Of a DNA stretch of 64,000 nt, positions 28,214 to 40,809 are shown piece by piece. Every line of letters starts with the position of its first letter. Position 1 is the stretch's first letter. The stretch is from Lingula anatina. Lineage: Eukaryota > Animalia > Brachiopoda. The position numbers were made by a program, and so were the translations under genes. Where the stretch lies: contig CM120640.1 of assembly GCA_051362555.1 (NCBI GenBank), positions 48,586,788 through 48,650,787 on the forward strand, in the 5' to 3' direction. The notes beneath the pieces are model-generated. The model was not told the origin of the DNA, did not search any database, and saw only the letters and a list, made by a program, of their open reading frames with translations.

Positions 28214-28845
28214 TTACAGTTGTCGTGGCTTTTTTCGTGTGTTGGGCACCGTTTCACGTACAACGCCTGATGGCCATCTACATCGAGGAGGACGATTGGA
28301 CCCCGCAACTGCTAGAAATAGACACGTACACATGGTACATTTCCGGAGTCTTGTACTACGGCAGCTCAACTATCAACCCGATCGTCTACAGTATTATGTC
28401 GCTCAAGTTCAGGCAGGCATTCCGTAATACCTTTATGCGGCCATGTTGCACTAGAAGTTCCAGTTCAAGAGGAAGAAAGAACCATTCTAAATACCAGACG
28501 TATAAGTTTAAGAGATCCGTGGATTCCCAATACTGCTCCTCAGTTGAAGGGTCTCATTCCCCAAAATTTAAAGCCGAAAGAAACGGTAATTTGGAAGGAA
28601 CAAGAAATCCAAGGCAAAACATCGAAATGAAGACAAAGAGTGGTGATAATAATCAAGTTGAATTAGTCTGCCAAGCGCAACTTGGGACCACTAAACCTTA
28701 TTCTAGTGAACCCTCGGTGCCAGTAGGACCAGGGGAACCGCTTAAGCCTAAATACGACTGTGTTGTAGAAATCCAGGCCAACCCCCTGTCTGACCCCCAA
28801 TATACGACATCCCTGAGGGATCTACACAGCATAAGGAGCGTTTAG
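28214..28845 (+). CDS. PRXamide-family GPCR, coding exon 2 (TM6, TM7, C-tail); spliced protein 496 aa
   Basis: Acceptor tttacttttag|tt restores KMLFTVVVAFFVCWAPFHVQRL; SGVLYYGSSTINPIVYSIMSLKFRQAF (NPxxY); stop tag at 28843-28845. Intron 17960-28213. Confidence 0.93.
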
Positions 28846-29176
28846 AATACGCAGCTTACACAGCATAAAGACACAGTGGGCTGTTCGCCCATAAATGGGG
28901 TACAAATGGACGCACGTTGCTGTACTTTGTTGCTCCTCAGTTTTAACATGGTAATAATAGGCCCCTGGGATGTCGCAAAGTATCAATGCAAAGCATCTTG
29001 TGCGAATTGTACAAGATATAAAATCCTAGTGCATGGGGAAAGTTTCGGCACAGCCTGATCACTTGAAATACAGATCAAGATGATTGGTACGTTATAAATC
29101 AGCGAATCAAGTTAATTAGCTACAACTTAGCTATAAGTTAGGTGTAATTGACATAAGAGGAAGTGGGTAGCGGCAC

Positions 29177-29177
<1 letters not shown>

Positions 29178-29228
<51 letters not shown>
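29178..29228. repeat. Poly-T tract (51 nt) downstream of the GPCR stop
   Basis: Direct reading. Confidence 0.9.
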
Positions 29229-29229
<1 letters not shown>

Positions 29230-30169
29230 TTAAAGGCAACATACGGGGATAGAAATCGAGTGATAGATATATGGCAAAAACATACGCTAAAATGCATATT
29301 TTTAGCTTATGGCATTACATGTGTACATCTGTATCTTTTAGGAATGTTTATTGTGCCACCAAAGTAGAATAAACATTGACCAAGCCCAAATCAACCTTGT
29401 TTACGCTGACAGTCAAAGGAGGCGCCCCTAACCTGCCTAATTTTGGGTTTAATTGGTGTATTTCCACATGCATAACAGACAATACATACCCAAGCAATCA
29501 TGTCCACATGCCCAAACAAAAATAAAAGTTCACTAAAAAGTACATTCGTAAAATTCAAAACTTGCCTTGAGATTGATCTTGATATGGTCTCAAGTTCATA
29601 TTTGAAAATTCGCAGTATTTGCATCGTTAAGATTATTTACCCTGAAATATATCATTATGTGACCTAATTTGAGTTCTTCCCTTCACTTTGTTAGCGGGTA
29701 TTACGTGTCAATCTATCATGACTGGCATATATTAAGGGGCAATGGTGATCAACATATCGATAACAGGTAAGGTTAGTATTGTACAAAGGTAACATTTTTG
29801 CCAGTTGATGTACCAGAAACGCCCAAAACCCAATAAAGAGGTGCATTTGAGGTCTCAAAAAATAAAATTGCATGAATTCGAAGTTTTATTCAATTTTTAA
29901 ACGGATATGTTTATAGAACAAAAATTCACGGCTGTGTCAATTTTACATCTACATGTTACTTTTATCGTGGTCTATCATTCTGTAAAAAGACTAATCGGAA
30001 ACTTACGTTACCAAATGGTAAATTATGTTCCAGTAACGTATATTCTAGGAGACCATTTTTTATCGTGTTCCAATATGGATGTTGTAGTGATTCAGCCATG
30101 GTAAATTATACATGACGAGAAGATGTCTTTACAAGCATTTAAACTTAAAGTGCTCCCATGTCCCTCTTA

Positions 30170-31835
30170 AGGCCCGGTCACACCTACAGAGCGCACGAGG
30201 TACGCATGCATTGCGCATGAAAATAAGCCAAATGCGCTGTTGTGCGTCCAACTTTTGACAGAATCTACCAGAAAAATTGCGAGTTAGTAGCGAATACATA
30301 GCGTTCTGTTGGCGTATTTTGCGTATAAAGGGCGCATGAAGATCGACTATAGAACGCACGCGTAAAAAAATCCAACGAATGCACAACTGGTTTTTGGCGC
30401 AAGGAACAAATGACTCGCGCATTCAGCACGCATTAAGCGAACAGATAGCGTTCCTCAGTCAGCAGCAATCACGTGACTCGTTCTCTATATATAAAAACTG
30501 CAGATTATGTAAAAAGCAACCAGTTAAGTTAATTTTTTGGATACACATTTATCGTTTCATTTATTGGGAAGGTGATATATATCAGCAAAATAATAAAGAG
30601 AAGCATTAACATGATATACACTGTTAATGTAGGCCTAATTGTTTTCAATTATGACCGAGCATTGTTTTTAGATAATTTATGTAAAAATCGAGCTATACAA
30701 AATACTTAAATTAAGACCATCTCAGAGGACAAAATTTAATCCTGATTGTAACTTTAATTACAGTAACATCACATGTGCGTTATGTATTTTGTACCAATGT
30801 GTATTATTAAATGTCTTGTTTAGTCTGTGCTTAAATGGTCAAAGGGAAGAAAGAGGTGGTCTAAATCATCCTGTCTTGCCATAGAACAGATCCGTCTTCA
30901 GAGTTGACCCAGTGTTTGATGATATTTCTCTGTTTTTTACCTTTATTGCTGGACGTGTTGCTGCCAGTGACGATGCGGGTGGCCGATGCGGGTGGCCATT
31001 TCTCCACTCACCAGCAGCAAACTCTTGACCCAGGTTCTCGGAAACGTCAAGCTGCTGGCTCTGCAGTGAATGCCGGGTCCTCATAAGGTTGTGGAGGATG
31101 ATGCTTGCTATTATAATCTTTTTGATGGCCTTGGGCTGCCGCTGAAGGAAGAACTTGTAAACGGTTCGCCAGAATGCTCCTGGTGTCACAGGCTTGGTGG
31201 AGTGCAAGTTCCATGACGCTATGAGAATGTTGGAGAACTGAAGTTTTGTATTCTAATCGCAGCCTGTCAAGATCTTCCATATTATGAAGCGGTTATTCAG
31301 CATAAGTGGATAAGTGATGCTGATACAGAGGACCCATTTATGTATACACCGTGGATACACGCTAGGCTCAGGACACGCATGCTTAGGACACGCTAGGAAC
31401 ACGACAGAGGTGCGCTACAATAACGCTGGCTGCGTTAAAGAGACGTTCAACGTTCGTTCTGGTTCGTTAGAGATTCGTTTATAGTCGCTGCATGTTCGCT
31501 ACACATGCGGTGGAAGCATGCTGTGTGCTCGCTACGCCAAAGGCAACGAATTTGAAACACCTAGCGTTTATGCAACGTCTGATTAACGCTGATCCAACGG
31601 CCTCCGCGAATGCCGAGCGACCTTTTGACGTCTAAGTTCATGCGTCGGGCTGAACGCACATTTTTGTGCATGCACAAAAACTCAGACGCACAAGAGCGAA
31701 TGAAAACGAATGCATAACTGTCACCCGGCGCGTTTGACGAATGCAGACGCATAACAGCGCACTGGCCAAAATTGCCAAATTTTTTAGCGCGTCGGCCGTG
31801 CGCCGACCCTGCGTCGTGTAGGTGTGACCGGGGTA
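30170..31835 (-). mobile_element. Non-autonomous PIF/Harbinger DNA transposon with transposase remnant
   Basis: 16-bp perfect TIR core cccggtcacacctaca (30173-30188) / tgtaggtgtgaccggg (31817-31832); TTA on both flanks (30167-69, 31836-38). Frameshifted minus-strand ..SILANRLQVL../..QPKAIKKIIIASIILHNLMRTR.. resembles the HARBI1/DDE_Tnp_4 C-terminus. Confidence 0.85.
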
Positions 31836-32183
31836 TTACGGGCTGTTTGCGTCCAAATATTGCGTAGTATCTCACGAGCCATGCAAGTCCTTACGAGATT
31901 CTGAGTTCGCAGACAGCCCGTAAGCACGTACGGAAGATATTGGAACTATCCAAAAGATTCTACGAATAATCTACGAACAGCGAGGTCGCAAGCGTAACTT
32001 GCTCCCGTCGCAAGGAGTTCGCAAAAGAGACGCACGTCGCAAGCAATGAAGGAGCAAGTGCCCTTTATGTCTCCTCCATCCCAGTGTACCACAAACTTTC
32101 ATAGTCCCATTCATAACAAGAAAGAAGGCAACAAAGACTGTCGATTGTTCGTGATTTGGCCAAACCTTTCCTCTACCTCTACG

Positions 32184-32230
32184 AACTGAAAACCCTGTTA
32201 CCTAAACTTTAGGTAACAGGGTTTTCAGTT
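32184..32230. repeat. Perfect palindrome, 23-bp arms with 1-nt spacer
   Basis: aactgaaaaccctgttacctaaa-c-tttaggtaacagggttttcagtt. Confidence 0.95.
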
Positions 32231-34082
32231 GTGGACTGAAACATATGTAGTGATTTTCATGTGCATTTCGACATATTTGACATAATTTTCGCACCACTAA
32301 TAATAATTAGTTCATTTAATGCTTCTTTTAATGTCAGCATGCTGTATTTTTTTTTATTTTGATAAAATTTAGTGACAAACAAGCTAAAATTGCACAAAAA
32401 ATTTCAAATGATTAAAAATTAATCGCTCTATACAGAAGATTATCATGTTTTTTACAACGTTATACTGACAGGAAATAAATTAAAGAACAACCAGTGCTGA
32501 TCGAATTTTCAAGGTGAGTGAGCGGAAAGTTTTCCATTTGTGACAGTGAAGTATGTTCCTTTAATGGGGTTAGACGATGAATTATTTTTCATTCTCCATG
32601 GTTCTAGGACAGTAAGACATTGATGCAATCTTCTTCAAGCGAGACCCTTAAATAATCAAATAAAGTTCCTAATCCAGGTACTAATTAAATATTTAAAGAG
32701 CGTACTTGCCACATTATTTGCACCTCTATATTGGGTTTTGGTGGGAAGCCTTTTTCGACTACACCTCAATAATCCCAATAGGGAGAAGATGCATGTAGCA
32801 ATTGGTTCGATGGATAACACCGTAACAGCTGCAGATAAAATCCCAAAATTAGCGAATATGATAACATTGGTATGAAGAATCCGATATCAATGCTATTTTA
32901 TCAAAATAAATCACACGTGTGCAAGAATTAATTATGTTGCAAACTCAACTCTTTTGGAAAAATAGATTAACAAGTTTAAAAAAAGTATGTTACATGCCAA
33001 GGGTTTGAACAAATAAAAAAAAACTGGGAACTGGAAGCAGCATGAGACAAGCTAAGAGTAATAATATTTATTAAGCAGAATTTACGACAGAAGCAAAAGA
33101 AATACAGGAGTAAATGGAATAGAGTCCATTGTACTGAGGACACAAGCCCGAGGTCACTACTCTCTCGGCGGTGTGTAGGCTTTATCCATGTACAGGCACT
33201 GGCCGTAAAATTCTGATTTTAAGTGCTGCCATTTTACATAAATAAATTACTTCGTTCGACCATTACCACATATTACCAGTTTGCTCTTGTGTTAAAAATG
33301 CTTCTCTATAGTATTATCCCATAGATGTGCATAATCCAGCTGACGGTACATACCTTGAAGGCGACTACGCCACTAGTTCTAATCACAGCACAATTCCAAT
33401 AACCTTTATTTTTTTCCTTTTAAATTACATTTCTTGGGTTTGATAGATGTTCTCTGTTATTTCAATATAGTAAGTAAGTCTTGGTCATCAATCAAATGTC
33501 ATAAACGGGTCCATATCTGTGGTTTATAGCGTAGCCTTATTCGATGTCACAATTGTTTTGCTTTGGTGTGTTTTTGTGGTGTATTTGTGTTTAATCGTTG
33601 AAATAACAATGTTTTTCAACAGATATTGGAAGCAAAATTCTTCCAATCATTAAGTGGTACCTTTCCTCAAACGCCTGAACTGGTATCATAAATTCATTGA
33701 AAATCCGGTCTTTCGGCCATAACAATGCTCAGTATTTATGTTCTTTAATTCACATAACATCTAGGGGAAAGATGAATGGTGTTAAAATTATATTATAGTA
33801 ATACTTGTTTGAACATTAAAAAGCAACTAATTACATAGTATTCATTTACTGCGGAATTGTGCTCAAAATATCTATCATTACATAGACTTATATAAATACA
33901 TGTATAACAGACCAACAAGAACGGTTTAGCTGACCTACTGCTCTACCATTCTCATTTTTCTCTACCAGACACAATTTAGGTCTGTTTTACAAGTATCAAG
34001 TAAATTGCAATTCTTGAAATAATCTCTAAGTCTCTCTCTCTCTGTCTTTCTCTTCACACTGACATAATAGGCCTACACGTAA

Positions 34083-34156
34083 ATTACAGCACAATATGCA
34101 TAAGTGGTTCTCCATTTCATTACAGCACAATATGCCTAAGTGGTTCTCCATTTCAT
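34083..34156. repeat. 36-bp tandem duplication
   Basis: attacagcacaatatgc(a/c)taagtggttctccatttc occurs twice, adjacent. Confidence 0.9.
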
Positions 34157-37094
34157 CATTCTTTCTATGGCTTGCCCGATTAGGGCTACATCCAGTCCAA
34201 CGATACTAGAGTTACTCACATATATCGCAAAGTTAATGAAGCTAAACCTTTCAATCGACTCGATTTTCTCAGAGAATGAAGATAAAAGCGAAAAGACGAA
34301 TATAGAAAAAAACTTCATTATTTTTCAGTATGCCCAAGTTAATTTCAAAATACTTAACACAATCTATCATTCGACCACGACCTAACACAGCTGTGATATT
34401 ATTAATATTATATGATACAATACAACATATTTCTAATTGCTGAACTCTCACGAAAAATGTAATGGCGCACTTAATCAAATACCATGTAGTGACCTCGATT
34501 CTTTCTTGTTTGTTTCTGAAAGCAATTTCAATGTATTTCTGCCAAATATTCAACAATAACATCTTATTTTCCTTACTTTTGTCTTGTCTTCAGTGCTATG
34601 GAGTAACTTCACGGAACTAGAGGCATCTGAAGTAGGCGAAGTGGCAAAATATATAGCTTTTTTTCATTATCCAATCGTATACCATATCATTATGGACTGC
34701 TCAACAGAGGATTGCCGCGTTTTTGATGTTAAGACAAATCTGTCTTTAAGGTTTACTGAAAATTTAATAAAATCAAGTAACATTTGATAATAAATGAGAC
34801 AGTGAGGCGTGATTGTATATATGGTCATTGCTTTTTAATGTTTGAATGCACAGGTGCATATACAAAAATAAATAAAAATTAATAAAAATAAATAAATGAA
34901 ATAAAATTAAATAAAAACTGAGGTGTGTGTATATGAATTATTGATAAAAAATATGATTCAAAAGATACTGCCGAAAGATTATTAATATTGGGGAAACGCT
35001 GAATTAATTTTTCAGAATTTACAGTTTGACTCGCCTACCCTTTGCTTCAAGCTGAATCCCATCTGTTTTCCATGCAATAAACTTAGCTTTTTTCAAACAT
35101 TGTCTGGCCTTTAAAAAGCCCTTTCGTCTCACCTTGGCGTGTATAATAACAAAAGCCATGCAGTTACCAAAGGATCTTAAATAATCGCACCTCGTCTGGC
35201 CTTTTCAAAAATTCTTTCGTCTTTCCTCTCTGACAAGTTCGTGTAGAGCCTGAATTTACTGTTCAATTTTGATGTTGAATTTTGATGAATGCATGCATGC
35301 AGGAATACTAGAGAAAACAGTGCAAGGCATGTTTGACGCCCATTAATGGCTTTCAGAAAAGGGAAACACGTTCTGTTACGTCAGTGGGTTGCTTCATAAT
35401 AACATCATTATTTAAAGAAAGCCTTACAGAGAGAGCACTTTATCAAGCACCTGGGTTTTTACAGTTCGTCGATTTTGAATGAGCATGATCTGCATGTAAC
35501 CCAAATTATAAACTAGTGAAGTTAGTGCTGCTATCGGCCAACCCATCAACCATTCTCTTGGAACGAACGCGTCGTCCGTATCGATCGCACATAACGGTCG
35601 TTAAATGACGCTGTCTCAATCATAACGAAATCAGTTTACAGCTAACTTTGGCTTTTGTAACATCGGCCCGTTATGATATCTCAAACCAGAAACTGGAACT
35701 ATATCCACTTCTTGTTGTTTCGTGCAAACGGAATTCTACAAGATTGAATTCAATACATGTCATTGTAGATCATGGACATTTCCATGACTGTAAATTAAGC
35801 AAACGTTTCCTCTGTCTTCTGGTTAATGATACAATCCAATCTGCAATGCTGGTATTTTAAGGCACAATCCAAGCAATTAGTTCTGCATTGTCATAGCTGA
35901 CGGTCATATATAATGATCATTTCAAAAACGATCAACTTCATGCTGACGGCAGAAAAACAATTACCAGCTGCAAGCCTTACTGCACTTAGTGTAGTTCAGA
36001 AAAGCAAAATACCTGTCTAAAACATGCACCTTTTAAAGCTTTCTACATGTATGACGTACTTTATATCGACAACCCACTATTCAAAAGTAGATTAGATACG
36101 ATATGATCCTAACATAATGTTTTAAATTGCTGTCTGTGAATTTTCACTTTTGTTTATAATGGCCAAATATCATTATTGATTTAATCGTTTATTTAATTTT
36201 TGATTCACTGAAGCAAAGATCTGCAAATGTCATTGGGAACGGTTCGTCACGTGTTCCTGTCCGTCTTTCATTCTAAGGTGACAGCTTACCTACTTTTCAG
36301 TATATCTACCTTTCTAAAAGCTAAGAAAGATCTACTGGTAGAAAGATTGAGAACGATAAAAGATTTAGTTGATGATCGCTGACGGCTTGAAAATCTTATG
36401 AGAGGATAATGACCTCATGGAACATCTCAAAGGACGTGTTATTTATGAAGATTCCAATTCAGCCATTAACTATTCAAAACATTTTGAGGTCAGCGCTGTG
36501 TTACATGTAACAGAGATTTTATAGTAGTTCCTGTTCGGTATTTAACCAATCTTTTCGTTTTTAGTGCGTTTTGCACGTCCACTTTTTTGCTAATTATAAG
36601 TCAGGGCTTGGACATACCGACGTTGTTTTGATTCCTCAATCAAGGTGACTTCAATATTCTTGCCTGCTGTCTACCTCTCAGGATTTTCAAGAAATTATAT
36701 TACTTGTGATTTAAAGATACAAGCTCAAGGATTTTTCACTGCAGACATCAATGCAACATTTCTTTCTGGGACTCAAGCGCAAACTAATTTACGAGTTTGA
36801 CCATTTGAGATGACACATCACATCCATAAAATAATGTAGCGCGAGGAAGGATGTTCATGAACATTGATGTTTAGCACTGGCGATATGAGGGTAAACAAGT
36901 TTAATGGGTACTGATTCCTTGCACATATATATATACGCAAACAATTGTACAATGGAACATCACCCATAACAACCCCAATAAATGCCAGTTGTTAATTGAC
37001 CAATCGTAATATTAACTTAATTTTAAGACTCAATAATTAGAAGTCTATCAATTCTTGAAAATTGCCTCCTACCGCCTTCTACAACTGTCAGAAA

Positions 37095-37378
37095 ACCAAT
37101 TTCCTCTCATCGGACATAGTTTATTGGCGATTTAAAAATCGTGACAAACAAGTACCTTTTTCGTTCCCAGAATGAAATTTCAAACTAACAGGACCAACAT
37201 CCTTTGATAGTGACAACCAAATGACGTGGTTACCAGGACGTATCGCCCTCCACAAATGTCAAGTATCGCAAAACTCATTTCCTCCCAGTGGACATAGTCA
37301 ATTTACTTGCGATTTAAAAACAATGACAAACAAATGCCCTTTTCGTTCCCAGACTGTAATTCCAAAATAACAGGAAAT
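37095..37378. repeat. Diverged tandem duplication, ~180-bp period
   Basis: atttcctc..ggacatagt..gcgatttaaaaa..tgacaaacaa..ttttcgttcccaga..taacagga occurs at ~37099 and ~37277. Confidence 0.8.
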
Positions 37379-37841
37379 ATTTATCCTTTAATTAAGCAAG
37401 TAGATGCACATAACTATGTCCTGGGCCATTACACAAGTACATATATATACAAGGTGCCCGTGTTGGTCCCGCACCTCTCCAAGACGCCAGATACAGTCAG
37501 TGACAACTCGCAAAAATCTATACTTTACATTAAGGTAAGTAAAAATGAAAGAGAATTCTACGAAGAAATAATTATAAACTGCTGTGTTCAATTTTTTAAT
37601 GTACGTTACGTAAAAGATTAAATTGGAAATTAGTTGCGCTGCATTAAAATTTTTCTGATTACAAAGAATCTATACTAACAATCAAGGTAAAGATCGATGA
37701 GTTTACATCTGTAAATATATATATATATATATGAAACAGAATATATACATATATATATAAATGAAAACAGAAAACGCACTGCACAAAACTGTACTTATTG
37801 GGATTCTTAGAAAATGAACTCATTGAAAAATAAGTTTAGGC

Positions 37842-37904
37842 TACAGTGGTTTGTGCTTGCACACAATTGCTATTAGCAATTGTGTGCAAGCACAAACCAC
37901 TGTA
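37842..37904. mobile_element. Perfect palindrome (31-bp arms, 1-nt spacer), probably a Tc1/mariner MITE collapsed to its TIRs
   Basis: TA-cagtggtttgtgcttgcacacaattgcta-t-tagcaattgtgtgcaagcacaaaccactg-TA; CAGTG ends with TA flanks are typical of Tc1/mariner. Confidence 0.7.
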
Positions 37905-38054
37905 ACTGTAACTGTTCACTTTGAAAGTCTTCACGCCTTGTTATAATCCATTAAGTTTCACAAAACTGAAATTAGCTATATGTCAAATACTTTTGAAGCC
38001 GTAGAATGTATTTCAGCAACTTAATTTAGGTCGGTATGATGGACTCAAACCGTA

Positions 38055-40012
38055 TTATTATGTACAGACACAGATGTGTCTGTACATATTGCCATCACCT
38101 GCGTCTGTCGTCGCCGTCGCCGATCATGTCGCCGTCGCCGTCGCCGTGCACTTTCAGCGTTAACACCATAAGTGGAAGACAGTTTTACTTTTTGGCTTTA
38201 TATTTACAGAGCTGACTAATATTCATAAAACGCAGGTCAAGTTCGAAAATCAGCATGATCGGGCCATTATTGTAGAATTTATGCTGTTTTTTCACTTTTT
38301 AGCATATATGCAACACTGTTAACACATTTCAAGGAAAACCGATAGGCCTGTTGTCATGAAACTCACAGGAGTAATCAGTCTTACTAAAACGCAGATCAAG
38401 TTCGAAAATCGGCATGATCGGGCCACTATTTTAGTAGTTATGCTGTTTTTTCACTTTTCAGCATATATGCAACATTGTTAACACATTTCAAGGAAAACCG
38501 ATAGACCTGTTGTCATGAAACTCACAGGAGTAATCAATCTTACTAAAACGCAGGTCAAGTTCGAAAATCGGCATGATCGGGCCACCATTTTACTAGTTAT
38601 GCTGTTTTTTACACTTCAGCATATATGCAACACTGTAAACACAATATAAGAAAAACAGATGGGCCAATTGTCATGAAAGTCACAGGAGTGGTCAATTTTA
38701 CTAAAATGCAGGTTGAGTTCGTAAATCAGCATAATCGTGCCATTATTTTAGAAGGTATGCTGTTTTTTCACATTTCCTCAGATTCAATTTTTAGGCATGT
38801 CAACAGTCTCATTATTAAACTAATAAGATATGTGAAAGTGTTTGTTTGACATTTCCTGCATCTTTACAACATTGTTAGTTGATTTTGTAAAAATGATGGT
38901 AAACATGTTATCGTGTATTGTGTAATAAAGTTTCAAAAATGGAAATAAACTCATATCATTGCAATTTGTCAGATTCAATCATTCACTATGTTCAGAATCT
39001 CAGAATGGAAGAAATTGGACATTTAACACTGCTCTGCTGATACTTTTCTCATCTCATCAATTTTCTTAGTTGATCATGTAAAAATGGCAGTAAACTGTTA
39101 ATTTTGTTTTATGTTAAAAATTGTTAAAAATGGGGAAAAAACATTTCAGAACAGTGCTGTCTTGTTTACATTTTGGCATTTTCAAGTTGTGACTTTGAAG
39201 TTCCATGGGCCTGAAGACCTTTGCTAGTCACATTTTCTGAATATCCATGATACTAATATTTTATTATTAAAAATTGATGGTCATTATGCTGTTAAACATT
39301 ATGTAACATTGCATCAAAATTTGAAAAAAAACTATTTTGGGCACTGCTCCCATGATTACCTTTTAAGAAAAACCATGTCACTTACTGTTCTCAAACTTAC
39401 AGGAAAGAAACATGGGACTAAAATACAGCTTCAGTAGGCAATGCAATCTGCCAGATAAACAGCTTTTTTTTTTGTGAAAATTTAATTTTTCACATATTGG
39501 CATTTTCAAGGTGTGACTTTGAAGTTCCACAGGCTTGAAGACCCAGGCTAGTCACATTTTCTGAAAATCCATGATACATATATTTTGTTATTAAAAATTG
39601 ATTGTCATTATGCTGTTAACCATTATGTAATATTGCATCAGAATAGAAGAAAACATAATTTTGGGTGCTGCTGCCTTGATGACCATTATGGGAAAACCAT
39701 GTTACTTATGATTGCCAAACTTTCAAAAAAGAAATACAGGACTGAAATGCAGCCTGAGTTGGAAAAGCAGTCTAAATGACTTCTTTTTCTGGAAGTTTTA
39801 CATTTTCAAAGTGTGAACTTGAACTCCCATGGGCCTGAAGCTTTATGCTTGTTTCACATTTTACTTACATTGGTATTACCTGTTGAGCATAATTAAAATT
39901 TGATGTTGAATTTGCAGTTTAACATAATGTACTTTTGCATCAGAATTGACAGTAGCCTATTTTGTTATTTCCTGCTTTTTGTCTGTACATTTGACAGCTT
40001 TGCTGCCTTGTT
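38055..40012 (+). mobile_element. Non-autonomous Helentron/HINE-type element with internal tandem arrays
   Basis: 5' subTIR plus hairpin atgtacagacaca-ga-tgtgtctgtacat; (GTCGCC)n microsatellite; ~160-bp repeats (caggtcaagttcgaaaatc at ~38232, 38392, 38551, 38709); ~310-325-bp repeats (~39172, 39497, 39800); 3' subTIR gtctgtacat (39981) plus short hairpin cagctttgctg and a T-run. Confidence 0.75.
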
Positions 40013-40189
40013 TTTACTTGCGCTTGCACTGCGTTTGCAGCACGCCGTATGCACTACATATGGACATTGTTTTTGTTGTGCAAAGGTATGCACAAAAATG
40101 CCGTTAAAATCCTGAAGCATAAATTCTCAAGCAGTGAAGGCTGAAAGCATTTTTTAACGAACCATGAACTATATATGTATGTATGTATA

Positions 40190-40225
40190 TATATATATAA
40201 GGATTTCGCGTTCCAGATCATTTTC
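40190..40225 (+). promoter_or_regulatory. Candidate TATA box and initiator for the cysteine-rich peptide gene
   Basis: tatataa ending at ~40200, then Inr-like tcattt at ~40218; ATG at 40237 in aaccATG context. Confidence 0.4.
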
Positions 40226-40236
40226 AATAATCAACC

Positions 40237-40312
40237 ATGACAAGAATAGTCCTCGTTGTTCTGGTTTTCATATTGGCATCTGCGATGTCGTCAGGTTCTC
40301 CAGCGGGAAGAG
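40237..40312 (+). CDS. Secreted cysteine-rich prepropeptide, exon 1 (signal peptide)
   Basis: MTRIVLVVLVFILASAMSSGSPAGR-g|gtaaaa: basic N-region, hydrophobic core, small-residue cleavage region; phase-1 donor. Confidence 0.8.
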
Positions 40313-40571
40313 GTAAAAATTTGATTTACTACATTCACTACAACTTATGACATGAACTCCCCCTCTTGGCTATATATTTTGTGATGTGATCTTAAACGAA
40401 CCGTAAATGATTTTATTTTCGATCTTCAAACTTTTCTTTTTGCATTATGTTACTTTCATTTTAAAGAGCATACATGTAACTGTGATCAGTTTATCACTAT
40501 CGGGGCAATTCCTAGCGACCCCAAGATGCAGGTGAATGATTATTTTACAGAGATGGAAGTAATTTTTCTAG

Positions 40572-40732
40572 CATTTGATCTTCCAGCAAAGCGATTTTTC
40601 CAATGCCAAAAGGATCCCAACTGTGGCGTGCATGTGGGGGTACAGGCCGGAGCCAATGGTCAAGTGCTGACCTGTTGGTGTGCTGACCCCGCCAAAACGA
40701 TGAAATGCTGTGTTGAGGTTAACTGGGGGTAA
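40572..40732 (+). CDS. Secreted cysteine-rich prepropeptide, exon 2 (propeptide end, KR site, 6-Cys mature peptide); 78 aa in total
   Basis: Acceptor tttttctag|ca is phase-compatible: AFDLPAKR-FFQCQKDPNCGVHVGVQAGANGQVLTCWCADPAKTMKCCVEVNWG*; AATAAA at 40804. Confidence 0.8.
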
Positions 40733-40803
40733 ATGCCCAAGACTCCAGTCTTTATACCTTACAGTACCCTTGTATTTGTGCAATAGACTGATTATAATGC
40801 AGT

Positions 40804-40809
40804 AATAAA
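40804..40809 (+). terminator. Polyadenylation signal of the peptide gene
   Basis: AATAAA 71 nt after the stop, followed by T-rich sequence. Confidence 0.6.

Noticed and set aside
29035-29065. Hammerhead-like gtgatca-ggc-tgt-gcc-gaaac on the minus strand
   Set aside because: Two mismatches in the CUGANGA core and no stem I/III pairing.
34136-34787. Cluster of overlapping hydrophobic ORFs on both strands, vaguely membrane-protein-like
   Set aside because: Many stops in every frame, no recognisable motif and no consistent splice sites.
17101-40732. Idea that the cysteine-rich peptide is the ligand of the neighbouring GPCR
   Set aside because: Receptors of this family bind short PRXamide peptides; the peptide ends VNW-amide, and proximity alone is not evidence.
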